A DNA stretch of 64,000 bases from an uncultured Thermoleophilia bacterium (GCA_963702475.1 CAVPCT010000001.1:192001-256000); one strand, 5' to 3'. Positions 18,989-29,149 are shown, numbered from the stretch's first letter. Notes: generated by a model from the sequence alone, not told the origin. Made by a program: numbers and translations.

Positions 18989-21340
18989 CTACTTGACGTT
19001 GTCCACGAAGACCGTCATGCCCGCGGAGGTCACGCTCCTGACGCGGATGCGCACGCCGAGTCCGGCCGGCACGGCGACTCCCGCTCCGGGAGTCTCCGGG
19101 AACCAGTACTGCCAGTCGTCGTTGAAGGCCGGCGCCGGCAGCTTGCCGGGCGCCTCACGTGCGCCCACGTTCACCCCTTCGCTGTAGTCCCGGAAGTAGA
19201 TGGATTGGGCGGGTGTGTGCCCGAGACCGAAGGCCGCGTCCCGCAGCTGGATGCGCGGCCGCCAGTAGCCCGTCGTGTCATCGTAGGCGACCCCATCCGG
19301 GTTGGGCCGGGCGTCGACCACCAGCCACCCGCCCTCACCGGGGTGCGCGCTGACGTTGTTGTCCGTCCAGAACGTGTCGCGATAGATGAGGTGGAGGCCC
19401 TCGTTGTACGAGTACCAGTCGACCCAGGAGGTGAGGTCGCGGTCGAACTCGTAGCAGTTCTGCAGGCCGGCGTCGCTGCCCTCGTGGGTGCGGAACTCGG
19501 CGATGTAGTAGTTGTCGGTGTACAGGGTCTTCTGGCCGTCCACGCGCAGCCAGCCGTCGCTCGTGAACGCGGCCTCGGGCAGCGGTATGCCCCCGACGGC
19601 GATGGAGGTGACCTCCCAGCCGCGCTGGGTGACACCGACGTCGGTGACGTAGCGGAAACGCAGCAGGACCTTCTGTCCCGCCCAGGGGCTCAGGTCGTAG
19701 CGCACCGGGCGAGCCCACTGTCCGGTGTCGGAGCCGGTGAGCGCCCACACGCCGTCGGCGATCTCCTCGGTGAGGCGGTCGCTCCGGACCGTGGTCCAGC
19801 TTGCGCCGCCGTCGGTGGAGACGAGGACGAAGCCGAAGTCGTACCCGTCCTCGATGTCGTACCAGGTGCGGAACGTGAGCGCGGGATCGGCGGCGGGGAC
19901 CGTGACCGGGCTGACCGTGGTCAGCGTGGTGTCGATGCCGTCGCCCATGTCCGAGTACCACTCGTTGGCTCCGTCCTTGACGCTGAGCTCGACGACGTGT
20001 CTGCGTTTGGGCAGCTGGATGATGAAGCTCGTGGAGTCCTCGGCGCCCGTGGCGGCTGGCTCCAGCCTGATGGTGGCGGACGTACCGCGCTTGACCACCT
20101 TGGGCGTGGTGAACCCGAGCGCGGCCTTGTCCCACGCGTTCATGGGACCGGGCGCGCTGCCGAGGCCCCACTCACGGCCGAGCCACGACCCCTGCGCCAT
20201 GACCGTCCAGAAGCCGGCCGCGTCCTGGGGGCTGCCGGCCGTGTCGTATTCGTCGGGCAGCCCGAGGTCGTGGGAGAACTCGTGGCAGAACACGCCCGGA
20301 TCGCCGTCTTCGGGATCGAGGGTGTACGGGAAGACCCAGATGCCCTCGCCCTGCGGGCCCTGTCCGTCGGTGTCCGGCACCATCATGCCGGGCAGGTCGC
20401 CGGGGCCGCCGTTGACGCTGTGGTAGATGCCCGAGGAGTGGGGCCAGATGGCGTCGGAGCCCTGCGCTCCGCCGCCTGCGCTCTGCCCGCTTCCGGCGTG
20501 GATGATGATGAGGTGGTCCACGTACCCGTCGGGTTGGGCGAAGTCGTCGCCGGCGATGCCGAACTGGTTCTCACGGTCGTAGTCGGCCCAGGGGAAGTCG
20601 GGGTTCTCGGCGGCGAACTTGAGCACCGCGTCGCGGGCCACGCGCCACGCAGGGCCGGTGAGATCGTCGGTGACCTCCCACGGCGTGCTGTCGGCGCCGT
20701 ACCACGACTCCGGCATGTCGAGCTTGACCCAGTTGCGGATCTCGCCCGCGACGGTGAAGGCGCCCTTGGACTGCTCCAGGAACCAGGTGCGCATGGTGGT
20801 GTCGTTGTCACCACGGTAGGAACCGGTGGCGTCGTACATCGGGAAGGAGTCGCCGAACAGCTCGAGCTGGTAGTGCCGGGGGGAGAAGTCGCCCGGCCAG
20901 AACGTGTTGTTATCGTCGGCGGACGGGGCGGGGATCTGCCCGTGCAGCGGTCCCGGCGTCATGGGTCCGGTCGGCGCCGGGGAGCCGGACGGCCACGCCT
21001 GGTCGCCGAACTCCACGAGGAGGACCAGCGCCTTGGTGGTGTAGGGCTGTGCGGCACCCCGCTCGCCGGTGCTCTTCCGGAGAAAGCTCGTCAGGGCGGT
21101 CTCGCCCCCGCTCGAGGTGCGCTCTACGAGGGGCGACTTGAGCTCGTACCGGGGAGCGGTGGCGTCCAGCGCACGCACCGCCCTGGCGGCCATGCGGCCG
21201 GTGGCCCAGGGCGCGATGACGCCGATGCGCTGGAGGTTACGCGCGATGAGGACCTCGTTCGGCGGCACGGCCCCGGCCGGCGCCGCCACGGCGAGCACGA
21301 GTAGAGTCGCGAGCACTGCCGCGACGGTGAGTCTGCGCAC
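18989..21340 (-). CDS. Secreted immune inhibitor A (M6) metallopeptidase
   Basis: Signal peptide, LVLLVEFGD, HEFSHDLGLPDEY and WYDIEDGYDF. Confidence 0.9.
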   Translation of the reverse strand: MRRLTVAAVLATLLVLAVAAPAGAVPPNEVLIARNLQRIGVIAPWATGRMAARAVRALDATAPRYELKSPLVERTSSGGETALTSFLRKSTGERGAAQPYTTKALVLLVEFGDQAWPSGSPAPTGPMTPGPLHGQIPAPSADDNNTFWPGDFSPRHYQLELFGDSFPMYDATGSYRGDNDTTMRTWFLEQSKGAFTVAGEIRNWVKLDMPESWYGADSTPWEVTDDLTGPAWRVARDAVLKFAAENPDFPWADYDRENQFGIAGDDFAQPDGYVDHLIIIHAGSGQSAGGGAQGSDAIWPHSSGIYHSVNGGPGDLPGMMVPDTDGQGPQGEGIWVFPYTLDPEDGDPGVFCHEFSHDLGLPDEYDTAGSPQDAAGFWTVMAQGSWLGREWGLGSAPGPMNAWDKAALGFTTPKVVKRGTSATIRLEPAATGAEDSTSFIIQLPKRRHVVELSVKDGANEWYSDMGDGIDTTLTTVSPVTVPAADPALTFRTWYDIEDGYDFGFVLVSTDGGASWTTVRSDRLTEEIADGVWALTGSDTGQWARPVRYDLSPWAGQKVLLRFRYVTDVGVTQRGWEVTSIAVGGIPLPEAAFTSDGWLRVDGQKTLYTDNYYIAEFRTHEGSDAGLQNCYEFDRDLTSWVDWYSYNEGLHLIYRDTFWTDNNVSAHPGEGGWLVVDARPNPDGVAYDDTTGYWRPRIQLRDAAFGLGHTPAQSIYFRDYSEGVNVGAREAPGKLPAPAFNDDWQYWFPETPGAGVAVPAGLGVRIRVRSVTSAGMTVFVDNVK

Positions 21341-21536
21341 AGGTCCCTCCCTTGGTCCGCCCAGGCACGGGTACCGGCCGGCGGCTGTGCCCGCCGCCGG
21401 CCGGTCCGAGTGTACTGTGCCGCTCCCACGCGCGCGAACGCGCCGCAGGCCTTCACCGTCAGTGGTCGGCATCCGCGCCTCTTCCCTCAAGAAACGCCGC
21501 GGGGCGGGGCGCCTTTGCGCCCCGCCCCGCGGGACC

Positions 21537-21565
21537 TCACGAGCGGCGCGACCGCGCCGCGGCGA
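21537..21565 (-). promoter_or_regulatory. Putative bacterial SECIS hairpin
   Basis: GCGGCGC-GGTC-GCGCCGC stem-loop with its apical loop 18 nt after the first UGA; extendable by TCGC/GTGA pairing. Confidence 0.55.
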
Positions 21566-21775
21566 TCAGCCTCAGCCGAAGCGGCTGCCGGCCGGAGCCG
21601 AGCAGCCGCCGCCGGAGCTGGAACCGCCCAGGCTCTTGAGGAAGCTCGTGAACTTCTGGTGCACGTCCTCGGAGCCACACTCCGGGCAGACGCGGTCCTC
21701 GTCCTTGAGGAATCCCTGGCGGAACACTTCGAAACGGTTGCCGCAGGCGTCGCAGACCAGATCGTAGGAAGCCAT
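21566..21775 (-). CDS. FmdB-family zinc-ribbon protein, probably a selenoprotein (ends at 21572 if UGA is a stop)
   Basis: YDLVCDACG...FE...CPECGS; C-terminus C...SRFG-TGA-GGC-TGA. Confidence 0.8.
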
Positions 21776-21911
21776 GACCCTCCACGCGGTTGGTGTCCTG
21801 ATACCCTGGGGGGTATTATACCTTGCATCGCAGGGCGCGCAAACGTCCGCCGTGGATTGTACGCTGTCACGCGTGACCGGCGCTCGCGCCGGAGGAACGA
21901 GAGGGGAGACC

Positions 21912-22430
21912 ATGAGGCGCACCAGGACCGTCCACTTGTTCGCGGCACTCGCGCTGATCGTGTCCGCGGCGCTCGCAGGGGGGCTCGCCGGCGCCTGCGG
22001 GTCCTCGTCCTCCGACGCGGCCTCGTCCTCAGGCTCGCCCTCGGCCGAGGTGCCGTTCATCCCGGCGGACGACTTCGACATCGCGGCGTATGCAGGCAAG
22101 CCGCTGGTGGTCAACTACTTCGGCTCCTGGTGCCCTCCGTGCAACCTCGAGGCCCCGGCGCTCTCGTCCTGGCTTCAGTCCCACCCCGGCGCGCAGTTCG
22201 TCGGCATCGCCGTCGACGACACTGAGGACGGCGTGACCGGTTTCATGGACGAGCACGACCTCTCGTATCCTGTGGTCCTCGACCCGGGCTGGAACCTCGC
22301 CAACGAGAACGGGGTGAGCGGCGTGCCCACGACGATCTTCTACGACGCCGAGGGCAACGAGGTCGACCGCGTCGTCGGCGCCATCTCGGAGGCTCAGATC
22401 GACCTGAGCTACGCCAGGGCCTCCGAGTGA
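21912..22430 (+). CDS. TlpA/ResA thiol-disulfide oxidoreductase lipoprotein
   Basis: Lipobox-like LAGAC, WCPPC and GVPTT. Confidence 0.9.
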   Translation: MRRTRTVHLFAALALIVSAALAGGLAGACGSSSSDAASSSGSPSAEVPFIPADDFDIAAYAGKPLVVNYFGSWCPPCNLEAPALSSWLQSHPGAQFVGIAVDDTEDGVTGFMDEHDLSYPVVLDPGWNLANENGVSGVPTTIFYDAEGNEVDRVVGAISEAQIDLSYARASE

Positions 22431-22496
22431 AGCCGGCGCGGCCGAGCCTTCGCCTGAGCCGCGCCGGCGTGTCCCGTCGCAGCTGACCGCCGCGCC

Positions 22497-23219
22497 GTGA
22501 TCGCCGTCACCGTCACCAGCCTCAGCCTCTCGGCCGCCGCCCTGGCGTTCGTCGCCGGGCTGCTGTCGTTCATCTCGCCCTGCGTCCTGCCGCTGCTCCC
22601 CGTGTATCTTTCCTTCATCTCCGGCGTAGGGGTGGACCGGCTGGGCGGGGAGCGCCGCCGGCTGCTGTGGACGTCGCTGCTCTTCGTGGCCGGCTTCACC
22701 GTGGTGTTCATGGTCATGGGGGCGGGCGCCGGCGGCGTCGGCCGGCTCCTCGTGCGGTATCGCCAGGAGCTGACCATCGTGGCCGGCGCCTTCGTGGCCT
22801 TCAGCGGCCTGGTGGTGGCCGGCGTCATCCCTCTGCCCAAGCCGGTGATGCGGGTCTCGCCCAAGCATCGCGGCGCCGGCGGAGCGTTCGTCACCGGCGC
22901 CGCTCTCGCGGTGGGCTGGACGCCGTGTGTCGGCTACGTCCTCGGCGCCATCCTCAGCATGGCCGCCTCCAGCCAGAGCGCCGCGGCCGGGTCGCTGCTC
23001 CTGCTCATCTACTCGCTCGGCCTGGGCGTGCCGTTCGTCCTCGCGGCCCTGGCCTTCGACTGGGTGAGCGCCCGCCTCAAGGTCATCAAGCGCCACTACC
23101 GCGGCATCCAGATCGGTGCCGGCGTGCTGCTCGCCGTCTTCGGTGTGCTCATGATGCTCGGCGTGCTCGACCGGCTCACTCGCTGGCTGCCGTACGTCGC
23201 CCCGCCGGGCGGTCTCTGA
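22497..23219 (+). CDS. ccdA: Cytochrome c biogenesis protein CcdA
   Basis: AGLLSFISPCVLP, GWTPCVG and YSLGLGVPF. Confidence 0.9.
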   Translation: MIAVTVTSLSLSAAALAFVAGLLSFISPCVLPLLPVYLSFISGVGVDRLGGERRRLLWTSLLFVAGFTVVFMVMGAGAGGVGRLLVRYRQELTIVAGAFVAFSGLVVAGVIPLPKPVMRVSPKHRGAGGAFVTGAALAVGWTPCVGYVLGAILSMAASSQSAAAGSLLLLIYSLGLGVPFVLAALAFDWVSARLKVIKRHYRGIQIGAGVLLAVFGVLMMLGVLDRLTRWLPYVAPPGGL

Positions 23220-23236
23220 GCGGTATCCTTGGGGCG

Positions 23237-26131
23237 ATGAGCCCCCGCCACCGCATCGCCGAGCCCACGCCCGAGGCTCGAGCCGCCGCCGAAGCCTTGC
23301 GACCGCTGGTCGCCGGCCAGATCTCCCTGTCGCCGCTGCAGCGCTGGCTGTACTCCACCGACGCCTCCAGCTACCGCGTGGTGCCCGACGCCGTCCTCGT
23401 GGCCGGCTCGGTCGACGACCTCCACGCGGTGATGGACGTGGCGCGCCGCTACGGCGTGCCCGTGGTGGCCCGCGGAGCGGCCAGCAGCTGCGCGGGCCAG
23501 GCCGTCGGTCCGGGCATCGCCGTTGACTGCTTTGGACTTGACCGGGTGCTCGCCATCGACCCGCGGGAGCGGACGGCGCGGGTCGAACCGGGCGTCGTCC
23601 AGGCCGCCCTCAACCGCGCCGCAGCCGTCCACGGCCTGGAGTTCGGACCCGACACGTCCACCGTGGACCAGGCCACCATCGGCGGCATGGTGGGCAACAA
23701 CTCGTCCGGTTCGCGGTCGATCGTGTACGGGGAGACCCGGGACAAGGTCCTGGAGGTCCGTGCCGTCCTCGCGGATGGGTCGGAGCTGACCGTGGGCGCC
23801 TGCGACGGCGAGGATCTTCGCAGCGGGCTGCGTGGGGCGGCGGCGGACGCTGTGGCGGCGGGTCTCGTGGCCGTCCGCGAGGCGTTCCGCCGCCCGATCG
23901 CAGACGACTATCCGCGCACCCGCCGCTGCACGACGGGCTACGACCTGCGCGCGCTGCTGGAGCCGCGGCCGAGGCTGGCCCGGCTCCTGGCCGGGTCAGA
24001 GGGCACCTTGGGCCTCTTCACCGGGATCGAGGTACGGCTGGACCCGCGCCCGGAACTGCGCGTGGGTGCGGCCCTCACCTTTCCGGCGCTGCGGCCTGCC
24101 CTGGAGGCGAACCTGGTCATCCTCGAGACCGGCCCTTCCGCGGTGGAGATGGTCGACCTGGTGCCGCTGCGGGCGGCTCCCAACCTCGCCGCGTACCGGC
24201 GCGTGGCCTCGCTGCTCGACGGTGACGAGCGGGCCATGCTCACGGTGGAGTACCAGGGCACGGAAGAGGATGCCCGGGCTGGGCTGGCGCGGCTGCGGGC
24301 CGTCGCCGGTGAGCTCGGTGCGGTCCGCGCGGTGTGGCTCGAGGAGGCGGCGGCCATGGCCGAGGCCGCCGCGTTGCGCCGTGCCGTGACGCCGCTGCTC
24401 ATGGGGGCGCCCGGCGCCGCCCGGCCCACGGCCTTCGTGGAGGACACGGCGGTGGCCCCCGAACGCCTGCCAGACTACCTGGACGCCTTCGAGGCGCTCG
24501 TCGCCGCGGCCGGCGCACGCGGCTCGTTCACCGGTCACGCTTCCGCGGGGTGCACGCACGTGCGGCCGCTGCTCGACCTGAAGACGGCGGCGGGCGTGCG
24601 GCAGATGGAGGAGCTCGCCGCAGGTGTGGCGCGTCTCGTGGCGGAGTACCACGGCGCCATCTCCGGCGAGCACGGCGTGGGGCGGGCGCGCAGCTGGGCC
24701 CTGCCCGGCGTGCTGGGGCAGGGCCTCTACGACGCCATGGTGGCCGTGAAGGACGTCTTCGACCCCGCCCGGTTGCTCGCTCCGGGCATCGTGGTCGACG
24801 GGCAAGGGGTGACCGAGGCCCTGCGGTACGGCGGCGACTACCGCGGGGGCCGCGCCTGGGCGCCGCGCCTGTCGTACGCCGCCGAGGGGGGGTTCGACGC
24901 GGCCGTGGAGCGCTGCTTCGGCGCCGGCCAGTGCAAGAAGACCACCGGCACCATGTGTCCGCCGGCCGCGGCCACCGGCAGCGAGGCGCGGGCCACCAGG
25001 GCGCGGGCCAATGCACTGCAGGGCGTGGTGTGCGGCGCCGTTCCCCTGGCGGCCATCTCCACCGAGGAGTTCCGCGAGGTCCTGGGCACGTGCGTCGCCT
25101 GCAAGGCGTGCAAGACCGAGTGCCCGGCCGGCGTGGACGTCGCCGCCCTCAAGGCGGAGTGGTTGGCGGAAGTGCGCGCCCGTGAGGGCGTGCCGCCTCT
25201 GGCACGTGTGGCCGGCGGCTTCCGTCGCGCGGCGGCTCTGGCGGCACCGTTCGCTCCCCTCGTCAACGCCGCCGCCGGCACCCGCGCCGCACGCGCCGTC
25301 GCCGGCCGCTTGGGTGTCGCCGGTCGCCGGTCGCTCCCGCCGCTGGCGCGCCGGCCGCTCACGCGCCGCCTGCCGTCCTGCGGCGCCGAGGCCGGCAGGG
25401 CGCCCTCCGCCGGCCGGCCCTCCGCCGCCCTGTTCGTCGACTGCTTCGTGCAGTACCAGGAGCCTGAGGTGGGCGAGGCGCTCGCCGCGCTGCTGCGCGC
25501 CGCCGGCGTGCCGCTCGCCCTCGTCGATGCCGGCTGCTGCGGCCGTACGGCGCTGTCCACGGGGCAGATCGACAAGGCCCGCCGGGCTGCGGACCGTGCC
25601 TTGCGCGCGCTGGCGGAACATGCCGCCCGCGGCGAGCAGCTCCTCTTCGTCGAGCCGAGCTGCCTCTCCATGGTGCTCGACGACTGGCATCGGCTGCTGC
25701 CGGGCGACCCGCGCCTCGGCCCTGTCGCCGCGGCCGCGCGCCCCGCGCTCGGCCTGGTGGCCGATCTCGCGGAGAAGGGCCGCCTGCGCTTCCGCCCCGG
25801 CGGCCCAGCCCTCCTCCATGCGCACTGCCACGAGAAGGCCCTGGGCTTCCAGGCCGACACGGAGCGCGCCCTGCGCGCCGTCCCCGGCCTGGCCCTGCAG
25901 GCGCTGGACGCCGGCTGCTGTGGCATGTCCGGCGTCTTCGGCTACGAGGCCGAGCACTACGACCTCAGCGTCGCCATGGCGGAGCGCGTGCTCCTGCCGG
26001 CGGTGCGGGCCGCGCCGCCGGCCGCCGCCGTGCTCGCCACCGGCACATCGTGCCGCGCACAGCTCGCCGATCTGTCCGGCCGGCGGGCGGAGCACCCGTT
26101 GACCTTCCTGGCCGGGAGCCTCAGCCGCTGA
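23237..26131 (+). CDS. FAD-linked oxidase fused to Fe-S/CCG domains (GlcD/GlcF, YdiJ-like)
   Basis: YSTDAS, TIGGMVGNN, GSEGTLG, SGEHGVG, CVACKACKTECP and two CCG motifs. Confidence 0.88.
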   Translation: MSPRHRIAEPTPEARAAAEALRPLVAGQISLSPLQRWLYSTDASSYRVVPDAVLVAGSVDDLHAVMDVARRYGVPVVARGAASSCAGQAVGPGIAVDCFGLDRVLAIDPRERTARVEPGVVQAALNRAAAVHGLEFGPDTSTVDQATIGGMVGNNSSGSRSIVYGETRDKVLEVRAVLADGSELTVGACDGEDLRSGLRGAAADAVAAGLVAVREAFRRPIADDYPRTRRCTTGYDLRALLEPRPRLARLLAGSEGTLGLFTGIEVRLDPRPELRVGAALTFPALRPALEANLVILETGPSAVEMVDLVPLRAAPNLAAYRRVASLLDGDERAMLTVEYQGTEEDARAGLARLRAVAGELGAVRAVWLEEAAAMAEAAALRRAVTPLLMGAPGAARPTAFVEDTAVAPERLPDYLDAFEALVAAAGARGSFTGHASAGCTHVRPLLDLKTAAGVRQMEELAAGVARLVAEYHGAISGEHGVGRARSWALPGVLGQGLYDAMVAVKDVFDPARLLAPGIVVDGQGVTEALRYGGDYRGGRAWAPRLSYAAEGGFDAAVERCFGAGQCKKTTGTMCPPAAATGSEARATRARANALQGVVCGAVPLAAISTEEFREVLGTCVACKACKTECPAGVDVAALKAEWLAEVRAREGVPPLARVAGGFRRAAALAAPFAPLVNAAAGTRAARAVAGRLGVAGRRSLPPLARRPLTRRLPSCGAEAGRAPSAGRPSAALFVDCFVQYQEPEVGEALAALLRAAGVPLALVDAGCCGRTALSTGQIDKARRAADRALRALAEHAARGEQLLFVEPSCLSMVLDDWHRLLPGDPRLGPVAAAARPALGLVADLAEKGRLRFRPGGPALLHAHCHEKALGFQADTERALRAVPGLALQALDAGCCGMSGVFGYEAEHYDLSVAMAERVLLPAVRAAPPAAAVLATGTSCRAQLADLSGRRAEHPLTFLAGSLSR

Positions 26132-26176
26132 GCGCGGGCGCGCACCCCTCGCGAGGGGTGCGTGTACCATGACGCC

Positions 26177-26356
26177 GTGAGCGTCGTCATCCTCATCGCC
26201 GGCATCGCCGGCCTCGCCGTAGCGGGCTACGGTCTCGTCACGCTGTCACTGGACGCGGTCCGCCGCCGTCAGTACGTGGATGTCGCCGTGGCCGTGGCCG
26301 TGGCCGCCGGCGTCGTCGTCGCCCTCGTGCTGTGGGGCGACCGTCTGTTGCGCTGA
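26177..26356 (+). CDS. Small two-TM membrane protein
   Basis: Two hydrophobic helices; TACCAT lies 6 nt before the GTG. Confidence 0.55.
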   Translation: MSVVILIAGIAGLAVAGYGLVTLSLDAVRRRQYVDVAVAVAVAAGVVVALVLWGDRLLR

Positions 26357-26537
26357 GGCCGACGGCTCATGCACAGGCCGGAGCGTGCCGATACGGTGAG
26401 CGGCGGTCAGGAAAGCGGCATTGCGGCGCGCATGTCAGAATGGCGGCCGGCGAGAGCGCGCCCTCGCCGAAGCGGTCGCTTGCCGCCCTGAGGGACGTCG
26501 ACGCCGGGCCTCAGGGCCCCGGTGAAAGAGTGAGGAC

Positions 26538-27122
26538 ATGACCAAACGCATCCTCGTCGTAGACGACGAGCCCGACATCCGCAGACTGGTGGCCGAGGCC
26601 CTCGAGGTGACGGGATACGACGTTCAATCCGCCGCCAACGGTGACGAAGCCATACGTGCCGCCTCGCTGTTCCTCCCGGACCTCGTGCTGCTGGACATCA
26701 TGATGCCCGATCTCGACGGCTTCGCCGTGTACGAGCGCCTGCGGGCCAAACCCGTCGACCTGAAGTCGCCCATCATCTTCCTCACCGCGCGGCGGGAGAT
26801 CGACGACAAGCTGCTGGGCTTCGAGAAGGGCGCCGCCGACTACATCACCAAGCCCTTCCACATCAAGGAACTGCTCGCCCGGGTCAAGGTGCACCTCGGT
26901 GAGCTGGGACCGCCCAAGGGGGATATCCACAACCCGCTCACCGACCGGGAGCTCGAGGTGCTCGGCCTGCTTGCCAGCGGCAAGACGTACAAACAGGTGG
27001 CACGCGCCCTGGACCTTTCTCAGAGCACGGTGCGCAACCACCTGCACAACGTCTACCACAAGCTCAATGTGGTCGACCGCGCCCAGGCGGTCATCGTGAG
27101 TCGCGAGAACGGCTGGATCTGA
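26538..27122 (+). CDS. Response regulator (REC + LuxR HTH)
   Basis: ILVVDDE, LLDIMMP, DYITKPF and LTDRELEVL...TVRNHLHNVYHKL. Confidence 0.92.
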   Translation: MTKRILVVDDEPDIRRLVAEALEVTGYDVQSAANGDEAIRAASLFLPDLVLLDIMMPDLDGFAVYERLRAKPVDLKSPIIFLTARREIDDKLLGFEKGAADYITKPFHIKELLARVKVHLGELGPPKGDIHNPLTDRELEVLGLLASGKTYKQVARALDLSQSTVRNHLHNVYHKLNVVDRAQAVIVSRENGWI

Positions 27123-27157
27123 GGGGACGCCGCCTCGGGGCGGCGGTCACGTACGCG

Positions 27158-27198
27158 ACGCGGATGGGGACGGCCGTACCGGCCGTCCCCATCCGCGT
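27158..27198. terminator. 19-bp perfect hairpin between convergent genes
   Basis: ACGCGGATGGGGACGGCCG-TAC-CGGCCGTCCCCATCCGCGT. Confidence 0.65.
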
Positions 27199-27203
27199 GC
27201 CGA

Positions 27204-27461
27204 TCAGGAAGCCGAAAACGGCATGTCGGGCAGCGACCAGGTGCTGACCTGGCCGCGGCGGTCGCCGCGGCGCCGTTCTGTGAACGGCCCGGGCCCCGTC
27301 ACCCAGCGGTCGTGCCGGCGCTCGCCGACCCTGCGGTCGACGATGACCATCACGTCGTCACGTCCCGCGAATCTCCTTGAGAGCCGCTCGTGGAAGTGGC
27401 TCTCAAGGGGCCGCGGGATGACGATGACCCTCGGCTGCACGCTCTCGATGGTCCCGGCCAT
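27204..27461 (-). CDS. Small DRR/ERR-repeat protein
   Basis: VIVDRRVGERRHDR...ERRRGDRR; GGAGGAAGG RBS. Confidence 0.7.
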   Translation of the reverse strand: MAGTIESVQPRVIVIPRPLESHFHERLSRRFAGRDDVMVIVDRRVGERRHDRWVTGPGPFTERRRGDRRGQVSTWSLPDMPFSAS

Positions 27462-27478
27462 CCTTCCTCCCCAGACAG

Positions 27479-29149
27479 TCATATCGTACCCTCGGCTGCA
27501 GCAGGTGATTCGCCGCCGGAGGACTCATCTCCTTGCTCGGTGACCGCGCTCTGCTTTGCGGCGCGCAACGCCAGGGCGCAGAGCCCTCCGGCCGCCGCGA
27601 GAACGACGGCGACGATGAACGTGCTGGCGACGGCGTCGGTGAACCAGCCCTGGAACGTCGTCTTCATCATCGCCGCGGCCGTCTCAGACAGGCCTGAAGC
27701 GCCGGACGGCATGCTCATGGCGCCGCCCTCCGCGGCCGCCGCGACGATCTTCTGCTTGACGGCGTCCGGGATGCCCTGGAGGGCCTCGACGCCGGCCGTG
27801 ATGTTGGCCGTCACGCGGTTCTGCAGGACGGCTCCGAGCACGGCGATGCCCAGCAGGCTGCCGACCTGGCGCATGGTGGAGAGGACCCCGGAGGCGTTGC
27901 CGATGCGCTCGCGCGGGGCGGTGGCCATCACCGCCGACGTCACGGGCGCCACGGCCAGCCCGATGCCGATGCCCGAGATCAGGAAGGGCACCAGCAGGCT
28001 CATCGGCGTGGTGTCCGGCGAGATCTTCTCGATGCCGGGCAGCAGGCCGGCCATCCACGCGAGGCCGGCGGCGAGCAGGAACATGCCCAACGCCACGATC
28101 CACGTGCTGCCCAGCCTGTCCGACAGCATGCCCGCCGCCGGCGCCGCGACGATGATGATCAGCGACATCGGCACCATGACCAGGCCGGCTTTGATGGCGC
28201 TGTAGCCCAGCACCGACTGCAGGAAGATCGGGATCATGAAGAAGGCGCCCATCATGGCGGCGCTGAGCAGGAGCCCCGTCGCGTTGCCGGCGGCGAAGGT
28301 GACGCGGCGGAAGAGCGAGAAGTCGATGAGCGGCTGGCTCACGCGGTGCTCGCGCCGGAAGAACAGGACGAAGGCGACGGCAGCGGCGGCGAAGAGCCCG
28401 ATGATGGTGGCCGAGGTCCAGCCGTAGCTCTGCCCCTCGATGAGCGCGAACGTCAGGCAGAACAGCGAGGCCGTCACCAGTCCCACGCCGGGGAGGTCGA
28501 GGCTCTTCACGGCGGTGGGGTTCCTGCTCTCCGGGACGAGTCTCAAGGCGAGCAGCACGCCGATCACGCCGATGGGGATGTTGACGAGGAAGATCCAGCG
28601 CCAGCTGTCGGCCGCATCCGGCCAGGTGACGTACTGGACGATGACGCCTCCGAGCGTGGGACCGATGGCGGTGGCCAGACCCGACACACCGCCCCACACG
28701 CCCATGGCTGCGCCGCGCTTTCCCGCCGGGAAGACGGCGGCGATGATGCTGAGGGTGGCCGGCATCATGGCCGCTCCGCCGATGCCTTGCACCACGCGGA
28801 AGGCGATGAGCAGCTCGATGGTGGGAGCCAGGCCGCAGGCGAGCGAGCCGGCGGTGAAGAGGACCATGCCGATGATGAAGAGCTTGCGCCGGCCCCACAG
28901 GTCGCCGAAGCGGCCCAGGGTCACGAGCAGCACGGCGAACGCCAGGATGTACGCGTTCATCACCCATTCGATGCTGCCGAAGGTCGTGTCGTAGGAGGAC
29001 TGGATGTGGGTGAGGGCGATGTTCACGATCGTGCCGTCGAGAAGGATCATGAAGAGGCCGAGGCAGAGCACAGCGAGGACGGCCCACGGGTTGCGGGCGG
29101 GCCTCACCTCGCCGGTCGTGTCGTGGCCGGTCGGGACGGGTGAGCTCAT
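27479..29149 (-). CDS. DHA2 (EmrB/QacA) MFS efflux transporter
   Basis: LDGTIVNIAL, GRFGDLWGRR, 14-TM pattern. Confidence 0.92.
   Translation of the reverse strand: MSSPVPTGHDTTGEVRPARNPWAVLAVLCLGLFMILLDGTIVNIALTHIQSSYDTTFGSIEWVMNAYILAFAVLLVTLGRFGDLWGRRKLFIIGMVLFTAGSLACGLAPTIELLIAFRVVQGIGGAAMMPATLSIIAAVFPAGKRGAAMGVWGGVSGLATAIGPTLGGVIVQYVTWPDAADSWRWIFLVNIPIGVIGVLLALRLVPESRNPTAVKSLDLPGVGLVTASLFCLTFALIEGQSYGWTSATIIGLFAAAAVAFVLFFRREHRVSQPLIDFSLFRRVTFAAGNATGLLLSAAMMGAFFMIPIFLQSVLGYSAIKAGLVMVPMSLIIIVAAPAAGMLSDRLGSTWIVALGMFLLAAGLAWMAGLLPGIEKISPDTTPMSLLVPFLISGIGIGLAVAPVTSAVMATAPRERIGNASGVLSTMRQVGSLLGIAVLGAVLQNRVTANITAGVEALQGIPDAVKQKIVAAAAEGGAMSMPSGASGLSETAAAMMKTTFQGWFTDAVASTFIVAVVLAAAGGLCALALRAAKQSAVTEQGDESSGGESPAAAEGTI

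Noticed and set aside
18197-21304. 1035-aa plus-strand ORF and many similar long ORFs (36..989, 8528..10294, 49884..51869, 55164..57410)
   Set aside because: Antisense shadows of well-supported genes, expected from high-GC codon bias; no recognisable motifs.
26357-26537. Riboswitch or ncRNA in the longer intergenic gaps (also 36075-36280, 45200-45450)
   Set aside because: No recognisable conserved RNA motif by eye; an Rfam/Infernal scan would be needed.
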